Shown here in pieces: positions 9,971 to 19,989 of a stretch of 64,000 nucleotides of DNA; positions within the stretch are counted from its first letter, which is position 1, and each line of letters opens with the position of its first letter. Location: the NCBI GenBank assembly GCA_963801165.1, contig CAWDDT010000004.1, positions 160,001 through 224,000 of the forward strand. Direction: 5' to 3'. Below the pieces are notes generated by a model that was given only the letters and a program-made list of their open reading frames with translations, was not told where the DNA came from and searched no databases. The position numbers were made by a program, and so were the translations under genes. Origin of the DNA: an uncultured bacterium (GTDB lineage: Bacteria > Actinomycetota > Acidimicrobiia > Spongiisociales > UBA5794).

Positions 9971-11290
9971 CTAGGCGACGAACCCCGCAAACCGGTGCAG
10001 CTCGGTTCTCGGCACCTGTGCGGTGATCCTGGTCCCGTCGTCGGTGTGCTCGGTGGCCGCCACCCGGCCGATCTGGTGAACCAGGGCGACCACGTCACCG
10101 CGGTCGTAGGGGATCACCAACTCGACGTCGTCGGTTGTGTTCTCGAGCCTCGTGGCGACGGTGGCGAGGAGATTGTCGATCCCTGCTCCCGTTGCTGCCG
10201 ACGTAGCCACAGCCTCGGGATGAAGCGCCAGGAGCCTTTTCACCGCAACGGGATCGGCGATGTCCGTCTTGTTGACGACGAGGACCTCAGGGATGTCTCC
10301 CGCGTCGATCTCCCGGAGCACGCTGTGGACGGCGGTGATCTGGCGGTCGGGATCAGGGTCGGCGGCGTCGATGATGTGTAGGAGCAGGTCGGCCTGATTC
10401 ACTTCCTCGAGGGTGGAGCGAAACGCCTCGATGAGTTGGTGCGGCAGGTTACGGACGAACCCGACGGTGTCCGACACCAACAGCGGTGAGCCGCCGGGAA
10501 GCTCGATGCGGCGCACGGTGGAGTCGAGCGTGGCGAACAGCCGATCCTCGACGAGCACACCCGCGTCGGTGAGCCGGTTGAACATCGTCGACTTGCCTGC
10601 GTTCGTGTAGCCCACCAGCGAGGCGACCGGGAGGCGCGACTTCCGCCGGGCTTTGGTGCGGGTATCCCGAGATCGAGCCAGATGCTTCAGCTCACGCTCG
10701 AGCTTGGCGATGCGGTCGAGGATGCGCCTCCTGTCGGTCTCCAACTGTGTCTCACCAGGCCCACGGGTCCCGATACCGCCGCCGAGACGGCTCATCTCGA
10801 CGCCACGCCCGCGCAGACGCGGCAACCGGTATTGCAGCTGGGCCAGCTCCACCTGAAGCATGCCCTCTCTGCTCGTGGCGTGCTGAGCGAAGATATCGAG
10901 GATCAGGGCGACCCGATCGACGACGTCGCATTGGAACATCCCTTGCAGGTTGCGTTGCTGTGCCGGCGACAGCTCGTTGTCGAAGATGACGACGTCGATG
11001 TCCTGCGCCCTGGTGAGAGCCACCAGCTCCTGGATCTTGCCTTTCCCGATCAGCGTCGCCGCGTCGAGGCGGTCGCGGCGAACCAGCTCCTGGTCAACCG
11101 GGTTCGACCCTGCGGTATCGGTCAGGAGCGCCAGCTCATCCAAGCTCGCTTCCGTGCCGGGAATCGCGCCCTTGCTCTGCGCAACCGCGATGAGGAACGC
11201 GCGCTGCTTGACGACCTCGAGGTCGGTGACACTTGCGGTGAGGCGGGAGCGGCTTCTTCCCGGGCGGGATTGTTCTGCCATCGAGGTCAT
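9971..11290 (-). CDS. hflX: GTPase HflX
   Basis: GGGIGTRGPGETQLE, GYTNAGKS, LFATLD, DTVGF, NKTD. Confidence 0.96.
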   Translation of the reverse strand: MTSMAEQSRPGRSRSRLTASVTDLEVVKQRAFLIAVAQSKGAIPGTEASLDELALLTDTAGSNPVDQELVRRDRLDAATLIGKGKIQELVALTRAQDIDVVIFDNELSPAQQRNLQGMFQCDVVDRVALILDIFAQHATSREGMLQVELAQLQYRLPRLRGRGVEMSRLGGGIGTRGPGETQLETDRRRILDRIAKLERELKHLARSRDTRTKARRKSRLPVASLVGYTNAGKSTMFNRLTDAGVLVEDRLFATLDSTVRRIELPGGSPLLVSDTVGFVRNLPHQLIEAFRSTLEEVNQADLLLHIIDAADPDPDRQITAVHSVLREIDAGDIPEVLVVNKTDIADPVAVKRLLALHPEAVATSAATGAGIDNLLATVATRLENTTDDVELVIPYDRGDVVALVHQIGRVAATEHTDDGTRITAQVPRTELHRFAGFVA

Positions 11291-11368
11291 GAAAGCAGAT
11301 CCTGCAGAGACCTGTGGACTTCGTTCACGGGTAGTTGGTATCTTTGAGGCACGCTGATAGGGAGGATC

Positions 11369-11800
11369 ATGCAGAAGACCGTCGGGCAGTTGCTCGAAGC
11401 AAAGGGAGCCGAGGTATGGACGATCGGCCCGGATGCCACCGTCCTCGAGGCTCTCAACTTGCTCGCAGAGAAGAATGTCGGTGCGGTCGTCGTCGTCGCA
11501 GACGGTAAGGTGAGCGGGATACTTTCGGAGCGTGACTACGCCCGCAAGGTCAGGCTCCTGCATCGTGATTCCGGGGATACGGCCGTCTCCGAGATCATGA
11601 CCTCAGAGGTGAGAACGATCACCCGCGACAAGGATGTCGTGGACTGCATGGAGATGATGACCGAGTTTCATATCCGCCATCTTCCCGTAGTCGAGGGCGA
11701 CACCCTGGTCGGGCTCATCTCGGTGGGCGACGTGGTCAAAGCGGTGATCGCCGAGCAGGCGTTCCTGATCGATCAGCTGCACCAGTACATCACCGGGTAG
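11369..11800 (+). CDS. CBS domain protein
   Basis: GILSERDYARK, IRHLPVV, ISVGDVVK; GGAGG RBS. Confidence 0.92.
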   Translation: MQKTVGQLLEAKGAEVWTIGPDATVLEALNLLAEKNVGAVVVVADGKVSGILSERDYARKVRLLHRDSGDTAVSEIMTSEVRTITRDKDVVDCMEMMTEFHIRHLPVVEGDTLVGLISVGDVVKAVIAEQAFLIDQLHQYITG

Positions 11801-11847
11801 CTACATCACCGGTAGCTACATCACCGGGTAGCTACATCACCGGTAAC
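11786..11847. repeat. Tandem repeat 4x TACATCACCG(G)GTAGC
   Basis: Alternating 16/15-bp units; the first contains the CBS gene stop codon. Confidence 0.9.
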
Positions 11848-11852
11848 GCGGT

Positions 11853-12176
11853 TCAGGCTCCGCGATCGGCCATGATCGAAGCGTCGTACGGCTCGATCAT
11901 GATGCACTCACCGGGGCACTCCTCTGCCGCCTCGACCACCGTGTCGACGTCGTTGTCGGGAACCCGGGCGACGCCGCGTGAGCCGTCGGGACCGTGGTCA
12001 TCGCCTTCGCCGGCGTCGAAGTAGATGGTCTTGCCAAAGTTGGACGCCTCTTCCTTCACTGTCCACAGGCCATCGTCGCGGCCCCGGAACACGTCGGGTG
12101 CGATCTCCTCGCAGATGCCGTCGCCGGTGCAGAGATCCTGGTCGATCCACACCATCAGTTTGGTTTCATCAGCCAT
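11853..12176 (-). CDS. Ferredoxin (single cluster, CxxDxxC...CP)
   Basis: WIDQDLCTGDGICEEIAP ... AAEECPGECI. Confidence 0.92.
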   Translation of the reverse strand: MADETKLMVWIDQDLCTGDGICEEIAPDVFRGRDDGLWTVKEEASNFGKTIYFDAGEGDDHGPDGSRGVARVPDNDVDTVVEAAEECPGECIMIEPYDASIMADRGA

Positions 12177-12271
12177 CGCTCACCTTGTCGCCTGGGAATC
12201 GCGGCTCAGATTAGTCGCCGGGTGCCGGACTGCCGGCGGACCCCAGGTGGGCCGGCGGTAACCTCACCCTC

Positions 12272-12366
12272 GGAGGTGTCAGGATGCCTGGTGGGTCCCG
12301 CGGTCTTCAAAACCGTTGAGGGGGCGAAAGTCCCCTGGCGGGTTCGATTCCCGTCCGCCTCCGCCA
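12272..12366 (+). tRNA. selC: tRNA-Sec (anticodon UCA)
   Basis: 95 nt; anticodon loop CTTCAAA, long variable arm, T loop TTCGATT, acceptor GGAGGTG/CGCCTCC, ends GCCA as in bacterial tRNA-Sec. Confidence 0.92.
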
Positions 12367-12373
12367 GAGCCCG

Positions 12374-13594
12374 TCAAATAAGGGTATTCCGGGTGCTGCC
12401 GTCGAGTTCGACGACGGCCCCGGAGCCCTTCGGGGCGCGCTCGGGGCGCGATAGGGGCGCGGGAGAATCACTCGAGCCTCGTTGGGGGCGTGTCTGGGGC
12501 GGTGTGGTGGCGGCGATGTAGCGGCGGTCGAGCGCGTCGGAGAGGGCGTCGAGGTCGTCTGTCGTAGAGGTGTCCGTATAGGTCGAGTGTCATTGCTGCT
12601 GAGGCATGGCCGAGCTGGCGTTGTACTGCTTTGATGTTGGCTCCGGTGGAGATCATCAGCGAGGCTGCGGTGCCTCGCAGGTCGTGGATGCGGAGTTGCT
12701 CGAGGTCTGCTGCTTCGATGGCTGGTTTCCAGACGGTTTGGCGGAACGGGGAGGAGCGGAGCGGCCCTCCTTTTGGTGCGGTGAAGACGAGCCCGTCGTC
12801 GGTGATGGTGCCGAGGTGGGCGGCGAGACGGTCGGCGAGGAACGCGGGCATGGTGACGAGACGCCGTTCGTGGGTTTTGGGTGTTCCCCATGACAGACCG
12901 GAGCCGAGTTCGGTTGCGGATTCGGCGATCTCGATGCGACGCCGCAGCAGGTGGACACGAGGTCGTCTCAGCGCGACGAGTTCGCCCCATCGCATCCCGA
13001 CCCACGCCAGGGTCTCGATGATGAGCCCGGTTCCGGTTTGAGCGTTCTCGGCGGCTGCGGCGAGGACTGTGACTTGTTCGGCGGTGAGGAACCGCTGCTC
13101 GCGTCGCCGCACCGTCGGGACCTTCACCCCGGACGTCGGGTCGCGGGCCAGGATCCCGTCGTTGACGGCCAGCTGGAGCGGGCTGATAGGACTTGTTTGG
13201 CTTGTTTGATCCGTGACGCGGAGAGCCCCTCGGTGGTCATGTCGGCGATCCATTCCCGCACCATGGCCGGCGAGATGCGGTTGACTGGCAGATCCCCGAA
13301 TGCGGGTAGTACGCGTGAGCGGAGCAGCGATTCGTATCCGGCGCGGGTTTTGGGTTTGATGTCGAGTCCGGCGAGCCAGGCGGCGGCGGCTTCGGCGAGT
13401 GGGATGTCTCCGGCTTCGGGGGCGATCCAGTCGCCACGGTCGATTGACCCGAGTCTGGCAACCAGCCAGCGGTCGGCGTCGACTTTCCGGTCGAAGCTCC
13501 TTGAGCGGATGCGTCCGTCGGGGCCTCGATATCGGGCTCGCCACCTTTTCCCGGTGCGTCCTTGCCGGTCTTCGATCCATCCGGAGCGTCTCAT
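12374..13594 (-). pseudogene. Tyrosine integrase, frameshifted at about 13180 and 12560
   Basis: N-terminal RWRARYRGPDG arm-binding region in one frame; GMRWGEL, TPKT, HDLRG, LGH, LYGH catalytic motifs in a second; DDLDALSDALD...NTLI tail in a third. Confidence 0.88.
12432..12461. repeat. Putative integrase arm-type sites, left end
   Basis: GGGGCGCG x3 at 11-bp spacing; same octamer x2 at 22994-23012. Confidence 0.6.
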
Positions 13595-13917
13595 GCGGTT
13601 CTCCCTCCCTACGTCTCGATGCGGCATCTACTCGTATCCATACACGGAATCCGGTGTGGCGGGCTGTCAACCCCATTGCCGGCCACAACTCTGAGACGGC
13701 AGAAGGCGAGTTCACATCTCTCATCATTGCTCATCATCTCTCATTAGTTATCAATATTTATACGCTATCAATGTTGTATAAGGGTTATGATAGTCGAAGG
13801 AACGGACACCCGCACCGGGAATCTGATCATGACTCCAGCTACCAACCTGCAGCGACCCCACAGAGTCTTTGAGGACAGACGGGTGCACACCTGCGGTGAC
13901 AGGGTGGGGGTGGCACG

Positions 13918-16675
13918 GTGACGGTGCGGGTGACGACGTTGAAAGGCACCGAGGCTGGTCGCTATTACACCGAGCAGCTCCCGTCGTACTACCTCGACAG
14001 CGGTGAGCCGCCGGGTCGCTGGTTCGGACACGGCGCCGCCGAGCTGGGTCTTGATGGTGTGGTCGACGATGAGGCGTTCTTGGCGGTGATGGCCGGATTG
14101 CATCCGACGACAGGGGAGCGGCTGGGTCGCCGCTTCGGCGACGGTTCGGTGCGGGGGTTCGATGCGACGTTTTCGGCGCCGAAGTCGGTGTCGGTTCTGT
14201 TCGCCGTAGGCGACGAACAATTGCGCCGCGCAGGTGACCGAGGCGCATGACCGGGCGGTCGACGCGGTGCTCGACTGGGTCGAGTCGCAGGCGCATACGA
14301 GGTTGCGGTGGCGGGGTCATGTGGTGTGTGTCGATGCCGAAGGGATCGTGGTCGGGGTGTTTCGTCAGCACACGAGCCGCCGACTCGACCCGCAGTTGCA
14401 TACCCATGCGGTGATCGCCAACCGAGTCAGGGCTCCGGACGGGCGTTGGTTGGCGCTCGATGCCCGCACGTTGAAGATGGATCAGCGGACCTTGTCGGGG
14501 TTGTATCACGCCGGGTTGCGGGCCGAGCTGACCCGCCGCCTCGGAGTCCAATGGCACCAACCCGAAAATGGGATTGCCGAGATGGTCGGTGTCGACCCGG
14601 AGGTGCTGGCCGAGTTCTCCCAACGCAGCCGCGACATCGAGCAGCGGGTCGGTGAGAAGCTGGACCGGTTCCGCACCGACCTCGGGCGGGAACCGACACC
14701 ACGGGAACGGTGGCGTCTGGAACGCGAGGCCGTGTTGGACAGCCGCCCCGCCAAGACCACGGTCACGCTGCCGGCGAGTTGCATGCCGGGTGGCGCAGCA
14801 GGTTGCGAGCCGGCTCGGTTTCGAACCACGACGACATCGCCGTCGGCACGGTGGGTCGGGTCCGCCGGGCGACCGGCATCGACCAGGCGACAATGGCCGG
14901 AATGATCGATGGGGCGTTGGAGGCGTTGGGGGAGCGGCAGTCGACATGGCGTCCCGCCGAACTGGTCCGTGAGCTCGCCGCCCAGGTCCCCACCAATGTC
15001 ACCGTCGAACCGGATCGTCTGTGCGGTTTCCTGCAGGACCTCGCCAACCACGTCGCGGCAGACCGCTGTGTCGACCTGTCCCCACCAGTCCCGTCTGGTG
15101 CCGTGTTGCGCCGTGACGGGCGCCCGATCAGCGAAGCCGCCGTCGACCGGGCCCTCACCACCCAGGCGATCCTCGAGGAGGAGGAACGGATCGTGGAATG
15201 GGCTGAGCGGCAGCGCCGTTTCGCCGACATCATCGACACCACACCCCGGGGCCTCGACACGCAGGGTTTGAGTGCGGGTCAGGCCGAAGCGTGTCGGGCA
15301 GCAGCCGGTGGCGCACCGTTGGAGCTGATCGTCGGACCCGCCGGATCGGGCAAGACCACCGCCCTCACACCCGCCGTCGCCTACCTACAAGACCGCGGCC
15401 AGACGGTGTTCGGGGTGGCACCCACCGCAGCAGCCGCCGAGGTGCTCGCCACCGAAACCACCATGGCGGCCGACACGCTCGACAAGCTCCTCTACGAACA
15501 CTCCCGGCCCGACCGGCCACCACAACCGGCATACGACTGCCGCGGGGGTCGACGGTGATCGTCGATGAAGCCGGCACCGTGTCCACCCCGAAACTCGCCG
15601 CCCTCACCCGTCTCGCCGACGACAAGGCGTGGCGGGTGGTGATGGTGGGTGATCCCCGCCAGTTCTCCGCCGTCGGTCGGGGCGGCATGTTCGCCCACCT
15701 CATCGACACCTACGGCGCCATCGAACTCGACCACATCCACCGCTTCACCCACCAATGGGAAGCCGACGCCACCCGGCGTCTCCGCCAAGGCGACATCGGC
15801 GTGCTCGGCGAGTATCAGCGTCACGGTCGCCTCCACGACGGCACCCCCGACGCGATGGAGACAGCGATCGTCGAGGCCTGGAGTCAGGCGCGGCGGCGGG
15901 GCGAGTCGGTGGCGTTGATGGCCAACACCAACCACACCGTCAACCGTCTCAACCAGCTCGCGCAACAAAGACGCATCGGCACCGGTGAGCTCGACCCGAA
16001 CGGGCCCGGCCTCGACGCTCGGCCGGCGAGCGGCTGCTCGTCGGCGACGAGGTGGTTACCCGCCGCAACCAGCGCACCCTGCGCACCGACCACGGTGTCA
16101 TGGTGAAGAACCGGGACCACTGGACCATCGAAGCCATCCACCCCGACGGCGCCGTCACCGTCACCGGACGGGCGGGCAGGGTGCGTCTCCCCGCCGACTA
16201 CGCCGCCGAGGATCTCGAACTCGGCTATGCCCAGACCAGCCACGCCACCCAAGGCCGCACCGTCGACACCGGTCTCCTCCTCGTCGACGGCCCCATCGAC
16301 GGCCGCGGCCTCTACACGCCGCTGACCCGCGGCCGAAGCTCCAACCACGCCTACGTCGTCACCAGCGAAAACGAAACGGCAGCCGACGTCCTCACCCAAG
16401 CGATCGCCCGGGACTGGATCGACCAACCCGCCATCACCCAACGAACACGCCTCGAAGCCGGCAAGGCGTTGAACCCCACGCTCGGACACAGCCAGCTCGG
16501 AGACGATCAGCAAGAAGCAACGCACCCACCCGATCACGACGTCGGCAAGCCAGATCTCAGCTCCGACGACCACCAAACCTGGCAGACAAATCAACCGGAG
16601 CATCGAAGCCGCCAAGCAACGCCAGCGCCGCTGAGCGCAGCCCGCAGCCGACACACCCCCGGCATCGGCCGCTGA
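13918..16675 (+). pseudogene. MobF (TrwC-like) relaxase-helicase, four apparent frameshifts
   Basis: RYY..SYY catalytic tyrosines, FDATFSAPKSVS, HTSR.LDPQLHTH, GPAGSGKT, VIVDEAG, VGDPRQ and GYAQTSHATQG spread over five overlapping ORFs. Confidence 0.9.
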
Positions 16676-16814
16676 CCACAACCACGGCCACGGAACGTGA
16701 CGAACCAATAACTGGTCTAGATCACCGGCATATTGCCGGATCGAGGGCGGTTGTGGGTGCTCGATAACGCGGCGTGGCTGGTGTCGTTATGGGCGGGTGG
16801 TAGCCATCCATGCC

Positions 16815-16828
16815 TACTAGTGGTAGTA
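16815..16828. promoter_or_regulatory. Putative antitoxin operator
   Basis: TACTA-GTGG-TAGTA palindrome 7 bp before the antitoxin ATG. Confidence 0.4.
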
Positions 16829-16835
16829 TTCCGGT

Positions 16836-17060
16836 ATGAAGCTCAGTGTCAGTCTTCCGGACGAGGATGTTCAGTTCCTCGATCAGTACGCTCAAACCCA
16901 AGGATACGAGTCCCGGTCCGCTGTGGTGCACAAGGCCGTCCGGCTACTTCGTGCATCCGAACTGGGAGGCGACTACGCCGACGCTTGGCAGGAATGGTCA
17001 GATTCGGGTAATGCCGAGGTCTGGGACGCTGCTATAGGCGACGCGTTGGTTGGCAACTAA
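16836..17060 (+). CDS. mazE: RHH antitoxin (mycobacterial MazE9-like)
   Basis: MKLSVSL..DV..LD.Y....SRSA....A.R.LR...DYA.AWQEW; overlaps the toxin start. Confidence 0.88.
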   Translation: MKLSVSLPDEDVQFLDQYAQTQGYESRSAVVHKAVRLLRASELGGDYADAWQEWSDSGNAEVWDAAIGDALVGN

Positions 17061-17407
17061 TGCTGCGCGGTGAAATCCGGATGGTTGATCTCGATCCGGC
17101 ACGACAGGGTGAAGCAAACAAACGACGCCCGGCGGTTCTTGTTTCCAATGACGGTGCCAATACCACCGCCGCCAGGCTGGGACGCGGTGTGGTGACTGTG
17201 GTTCCGGTTAGTTCCAACGTCACCCGGGTTTATCCCTTTCAGGTGCTGCTTGCTGGAAACGAAACGGGTCTCGATCGTGACTCGAAAGCCCAGGCTGAAC
17301 AGGTCCGGTCCGTTTCTGTCGATAGGGTTTCCCACAAGGTCGGTACGGTGCCGCCGGACATCATGCTTGCAGTCGATGACGCTTTGCGTCTCCACCTCGC
17401 GCTCTGA
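17060..17407 (+). CDS. mazF: MazF/PemK endoribonuclease toxin (MazF9-like)
   Basis: RGEIRMVDLDPARQGEANKRRPAVLVSND, YPFQV, SKAQAEQVRSV. Confidence 0.93.
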   Translation: MLRGEIRMVDLDPARQGEANKRRPAVLVSNDGANTTAARLGRGVVTVVPVSSNVTRVYPFQVLLAGNETGLDRDSKAQAEQVRSVSVDRVSHKVGTVPPDIMLAVDDALRLHLAL

Positions 17408-17489
17408 CGATCGGTGCTACCTGACTTGACGCCTACGACTACGCGTTGGCTGCCGAGAGTCAACGCCACTGGATGCCATCTCAGATCAC

Positions 17490-17572
17490 CAAATCCCGGA
17501 CGATGAGACGCACATCACCGAACCACGCATACCGGCGCCTCTCTCCGCTCGGCATGGCGGCCACGCAGGGTT
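17490..17572 (+). repeat. Cargo boundary repeat, copy 1 (divergent)
   Basis: CAAAT...ATCACCGA...ACCGGCGC...CAC-N5-GTT aligns with the other copies. Confidence 0.5.
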
Positions 17573-17613
17573 GTACCAAGCGGTCGGCGGGTGTCTTCCA
17601 TCACCTCAAACTT

Positions 17614-17624
17614 TCGTATTACGA
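17614..17624. promoter_or_regulatory. Putative TA operator
   Basis: TCGTA-T-TACGA palindrome just before the toxin start. Confidence 0.4.
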
Positions 17625-17633
17625 TATTGAGAT

Positions 17634-17897
17634 GTGGAAATCTACCGCACAGCCCACAAACACGGCATCAGCGACGCCGATATCCGGCACGCCGTCGACA
17701 ACGCCATCACCGTTGTTGACCTCGAACCCGACGTGGACCCTCCCAAGGTCCTGGCCATCGGACCGGACCGTGCCGGGAACCTGTTGGAGGTCATCTGGCT
17801 CGAACTCGCCAATGACGCTCAGCTGGCGATTCACGCCATGCCGCTTCGACCCACTTTCTACGACTTGCTCCCGTTCCCCGGGGAGGACATACCATGA
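17634..17897 (+). CDS. Putative RelE/BrnT-fold toxin (actinobacterial AxKHG type)
   Basis: TAHKHGIS..DI.HA, IGPDRAGNLLEV, IHAM.LR; upstream of and overlapping an RHH gene. Confidence 0.75.
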   Translation: MEIYRTAHKHGISDADIRHAVDNAITVVDLEPDVDPPKVLAIGPDRAGNLLEVIWLELANDAQLAIHAMPLRPTFYDLLPFPGEDIP

Positions 17898-18175
17898 GTG
17901 ACAACAAGACACGCCGCACCGCCACTGGCCGCAGCCTCACCGAAGAGGAACTGGACCACATCGCCGCCGAAGTCGAAGAGACCGCATACGATGTTGGGGT
18001 ACTCAAGACTCGTCGCCGCGGCCGCCCCCCGATGGGGTCGGGACCGGCAGATGTGGTCCCTGTTCGCATCGACCCGGAACTGAAGGCAGCGATCGAGGCT
18101 CGAGCCCAAGCAGACCACACATCCACCAGCGAGATCATCCGCGAAGCAATCCGCCGTTTCCTCGACGTGGCCTGA
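17894..18175 (+). CDS. CopG/RHH antitoxin
   Basis: RRGRPPMG, VRIDPEL...SEIIREAIRRFL; GGAGG RBS. Confidence 0.8.
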   Translation: MSDNKTRRTATGRSLTEEELDHIAAEVEETAYDVGVLKTRRRGRPPMGSGPADVVPVRIDPELKAAIEARAQADHTSTSEIIREAIRRFLDVA

Positions 18176-18195
18176 CCTAGACCAGAGCAGACCAA

Positions 18196-18287
18196 CAATT
18201 CTGTCGCAAGAACGATCACTTCCCCGAGTGCGCCCGATCGGCACTTCCAAGATCGGGGCCGGGACAGGGAGGCTGCCACGCAGCGTG
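18196..18287 (+). repeat. Cargo boundary repeat, copy 2
   Basis: CAATTCTGTCGCAAGAACGATCACTTCCCCGA...ATCGGCAC; the CAC-N5-GTG box lies 11 bp further out than in other copies. Confidence 0.75.
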
Positions 18288-18451
18288 GTGCCCGCTTGAC
18301 CCGATCTTCCGTTCCATTGCTACTCAACCCCAGGCAATGGCGCCACGTCATACCGATCACGCAACGCAACCGTTGGATGACATAACTGGCCATGACGCGG
18401 CACCGGATTGGTCAGCTCCGCTAGCGTCCAGCGAACGCAGAAAGGTTGCGG

Positions 18452-19273
18452 ATGAAGTGTCCAAGCGGGGATTCCGAGGAGCCTCGTGACGATGAGGAGC
18501 TGGCGCGTGTCCTGCTGGGCGAACATCTCTCAGGCGAGTTAGTTCGTGTCGATCCCCCTCTACCCGATTTCGTCATCTGTCGCGATGGTGTGATCGAAGG
18601 CGGCGTCGAGGTGACACGCGCAACTGACGAAGATTCAGAGCGACTCAGGGGGCTACTTCGCAAAGACGGTCCCTCGTTTGAGTCCGATCGCTTGGAACAG
18701 AACTGGATCGTGATGTTCAACAAGGGCGCTGACCTGCGCAAACTCAACCGGGATCGTCTCGTCGATGCCCTCGTGCTGATGGAGCTCGACGCGACCGAGC
18801 GAGCACTTGCCGCAACGAACCGCCAGATCCAGCAGCGACACGCTCTTGAAGCTATCCGTCACGAAACGCAAATCAAGGGCGTGCTTGGCACTCTTGGCGT
18901 CGACCACGCCATACCGTGGAACCACAACAAGCCCGCCGGAACGGTGCACCTATCTGAGGGCGGGTGGACGTGGGCGTGGGAGCATCCAAACCTGATCAAT
19001 GACCTCGCGGAGGAAGTGATAGAGCGGAAGAAAGAAAAAGGCCTCCGGAGCATCAGTGGAGAAAGCCACCTGTTTGTGTGGGTAGACCCTTGGGAGCCGA
19101 CCGGCGCTGGCATTTTAATGAGCGGACAAGCCGAGCTTCCGGAAGAACCACCGAAGATCCCGGATTGGGTCACCGATGTTTGGATGGTAAGCACGTTCGG
19201 CCCTGCCCGCCTGTGGCACTGCTCAAGAGGTGGATCGTGGCATCTCCGAACCTCCGGGCAACCCGACCCCTAG
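18452..19273 (+). CDS. Hypothetical protein, possible PD-(D/E)xK-like nuclease
   Basis: Long ORF with PDFVI...GVEVT near the N terminus. Confidence 0.6.
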   Translation: MKCPSGDSEEPRDDEELARVLLGEHLSGELVRVDPPLPDFVICRDGVIEGGVEVTRATDEDSERLRGLLRKDGPSFESDRLEQNWIVMFNKGADLRKLNRDRLVDALVLMELDATERALAATNRQIQQRHALEAIRHETQIKGVLGTLGVDHAIPWNHNKPAGTVHLSEGGWTWAWEHPNLINDLAEEVIERKKEKGLRSISGESHLFVWVDPWEPTGAGILMSGQAELPEEPPKIPDWVTDVWMVSTFGPARLWHCSRGGSWHLRTSGQPDP

Positions 19274-19312
19274 AAACCCCCACATCCCGTGAACACTCCC
19301 GTCCTAGAACAC

Positions 19313-19394
19313 CAAATCGGGCGTGATAACCATCACATTGCCCACCCACTCGATATCGGCACCTCCACGGGCGGGCTCCGGAACACTCGTGGTG
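19313..19394 (+). repeat. Cargo boundary repeat, copy 3
   Basis: CAAAT..GATAACCATCAC..ATCGGCAC-21bp-CACTCGTGGTG. Confidence 0.7.
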
Positions 19395-19480
19395 GCAACG
19401 GCCATCCGATAAGCGCATCGATCAAGGGAGCACTACTCGCCTATCCTGAGTCGAGAGAATCCAGACGGGAGGCGACCGCC

Positions 19481-19810
19481 ATGGCGAAAAGGATCATTGT
19501 CGCTACTTGCCTAGCTTGGGCGTTTCTGGGTTTTGCGATCGCTATGGTCGCCCTCCCGGAAGTCAACGCCGATGCAAAGCTCCTTGTCGGATCGATGTCT
19601 GTGCTTCTCCCCGCTGCGGCGGTGGGGGCAGCCTGGGCCGCCAATCGTTCGAAGGTCTGGCTCACCGTCGTCCTGCTTCTCATATCGGTCGGGACGCCAA
19701 CATACATGCTGTATGTCGCCAACCTAATTCCGGTGATTCTGGCGGCTGTCCTCGCCCGGAGAGGGCGGGTTCTATTGGATTCGGTCCAGTCGAATTCGGT
19801 CACGGTCTGA
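19481..19810 (+). CDS. Small integral membrane protein (about 4 TM)
   Basis: GGGAGG RBS before the ATG; almost entirely hydrophobic. Confidence 0.7.
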   Translation: MAKRIIVATCLAWAFLGFAIAMVALPEVNADAKLLVGSMSVLLPAAAVGAAWAANRSKVWLTVVLLLISVGTPTYMLYVANLIPVILAAVLARRGRVLLDSVQSNSVTV

Positions 19811-19867
19811 GGTGTTCTAGGTCGCTCGACCCTCAGAGGTATTCGAATCGGGGCCACCTCAGGTCTT

Positions 19868-19965
19868 TGGCCGCCCCCGACCAGCATTATCCGAGCAATA
19901 ACGCAGATTTCGCCGACCGTCCCCGAACGGCACCTCCGCGAGCGGGGTGTCGACCACCGGTGGTG
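19868..19965 (+). repeat. Cargo boundary repeat, copy 4
   Basis: 54/66 identity by hand alignment to 22182-22247; ends CACCGGTGGTG. Confidence 0.85.
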
Positions 19966-19989
19966 ACGCGGTCGATTGTGGTGCTGCTG

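Noticed and set aside
12374-16675. Selenocysteine (UGA) readthrough explaining the broken integrase and relaxase
   Set aside because: The breaks are frame changes, not in-frame UGA codons, and I recognised no selenoprotein in the window.
17424-19430. dif/pdif-like words (ACTTGAC near 17424, GATGACATAA near 18376, CCGATAAGCG near 19406)
   Set aside because: Only half-site resemblance; no complete 11-6-11 site with a TTATGTCAA-type arm was found.
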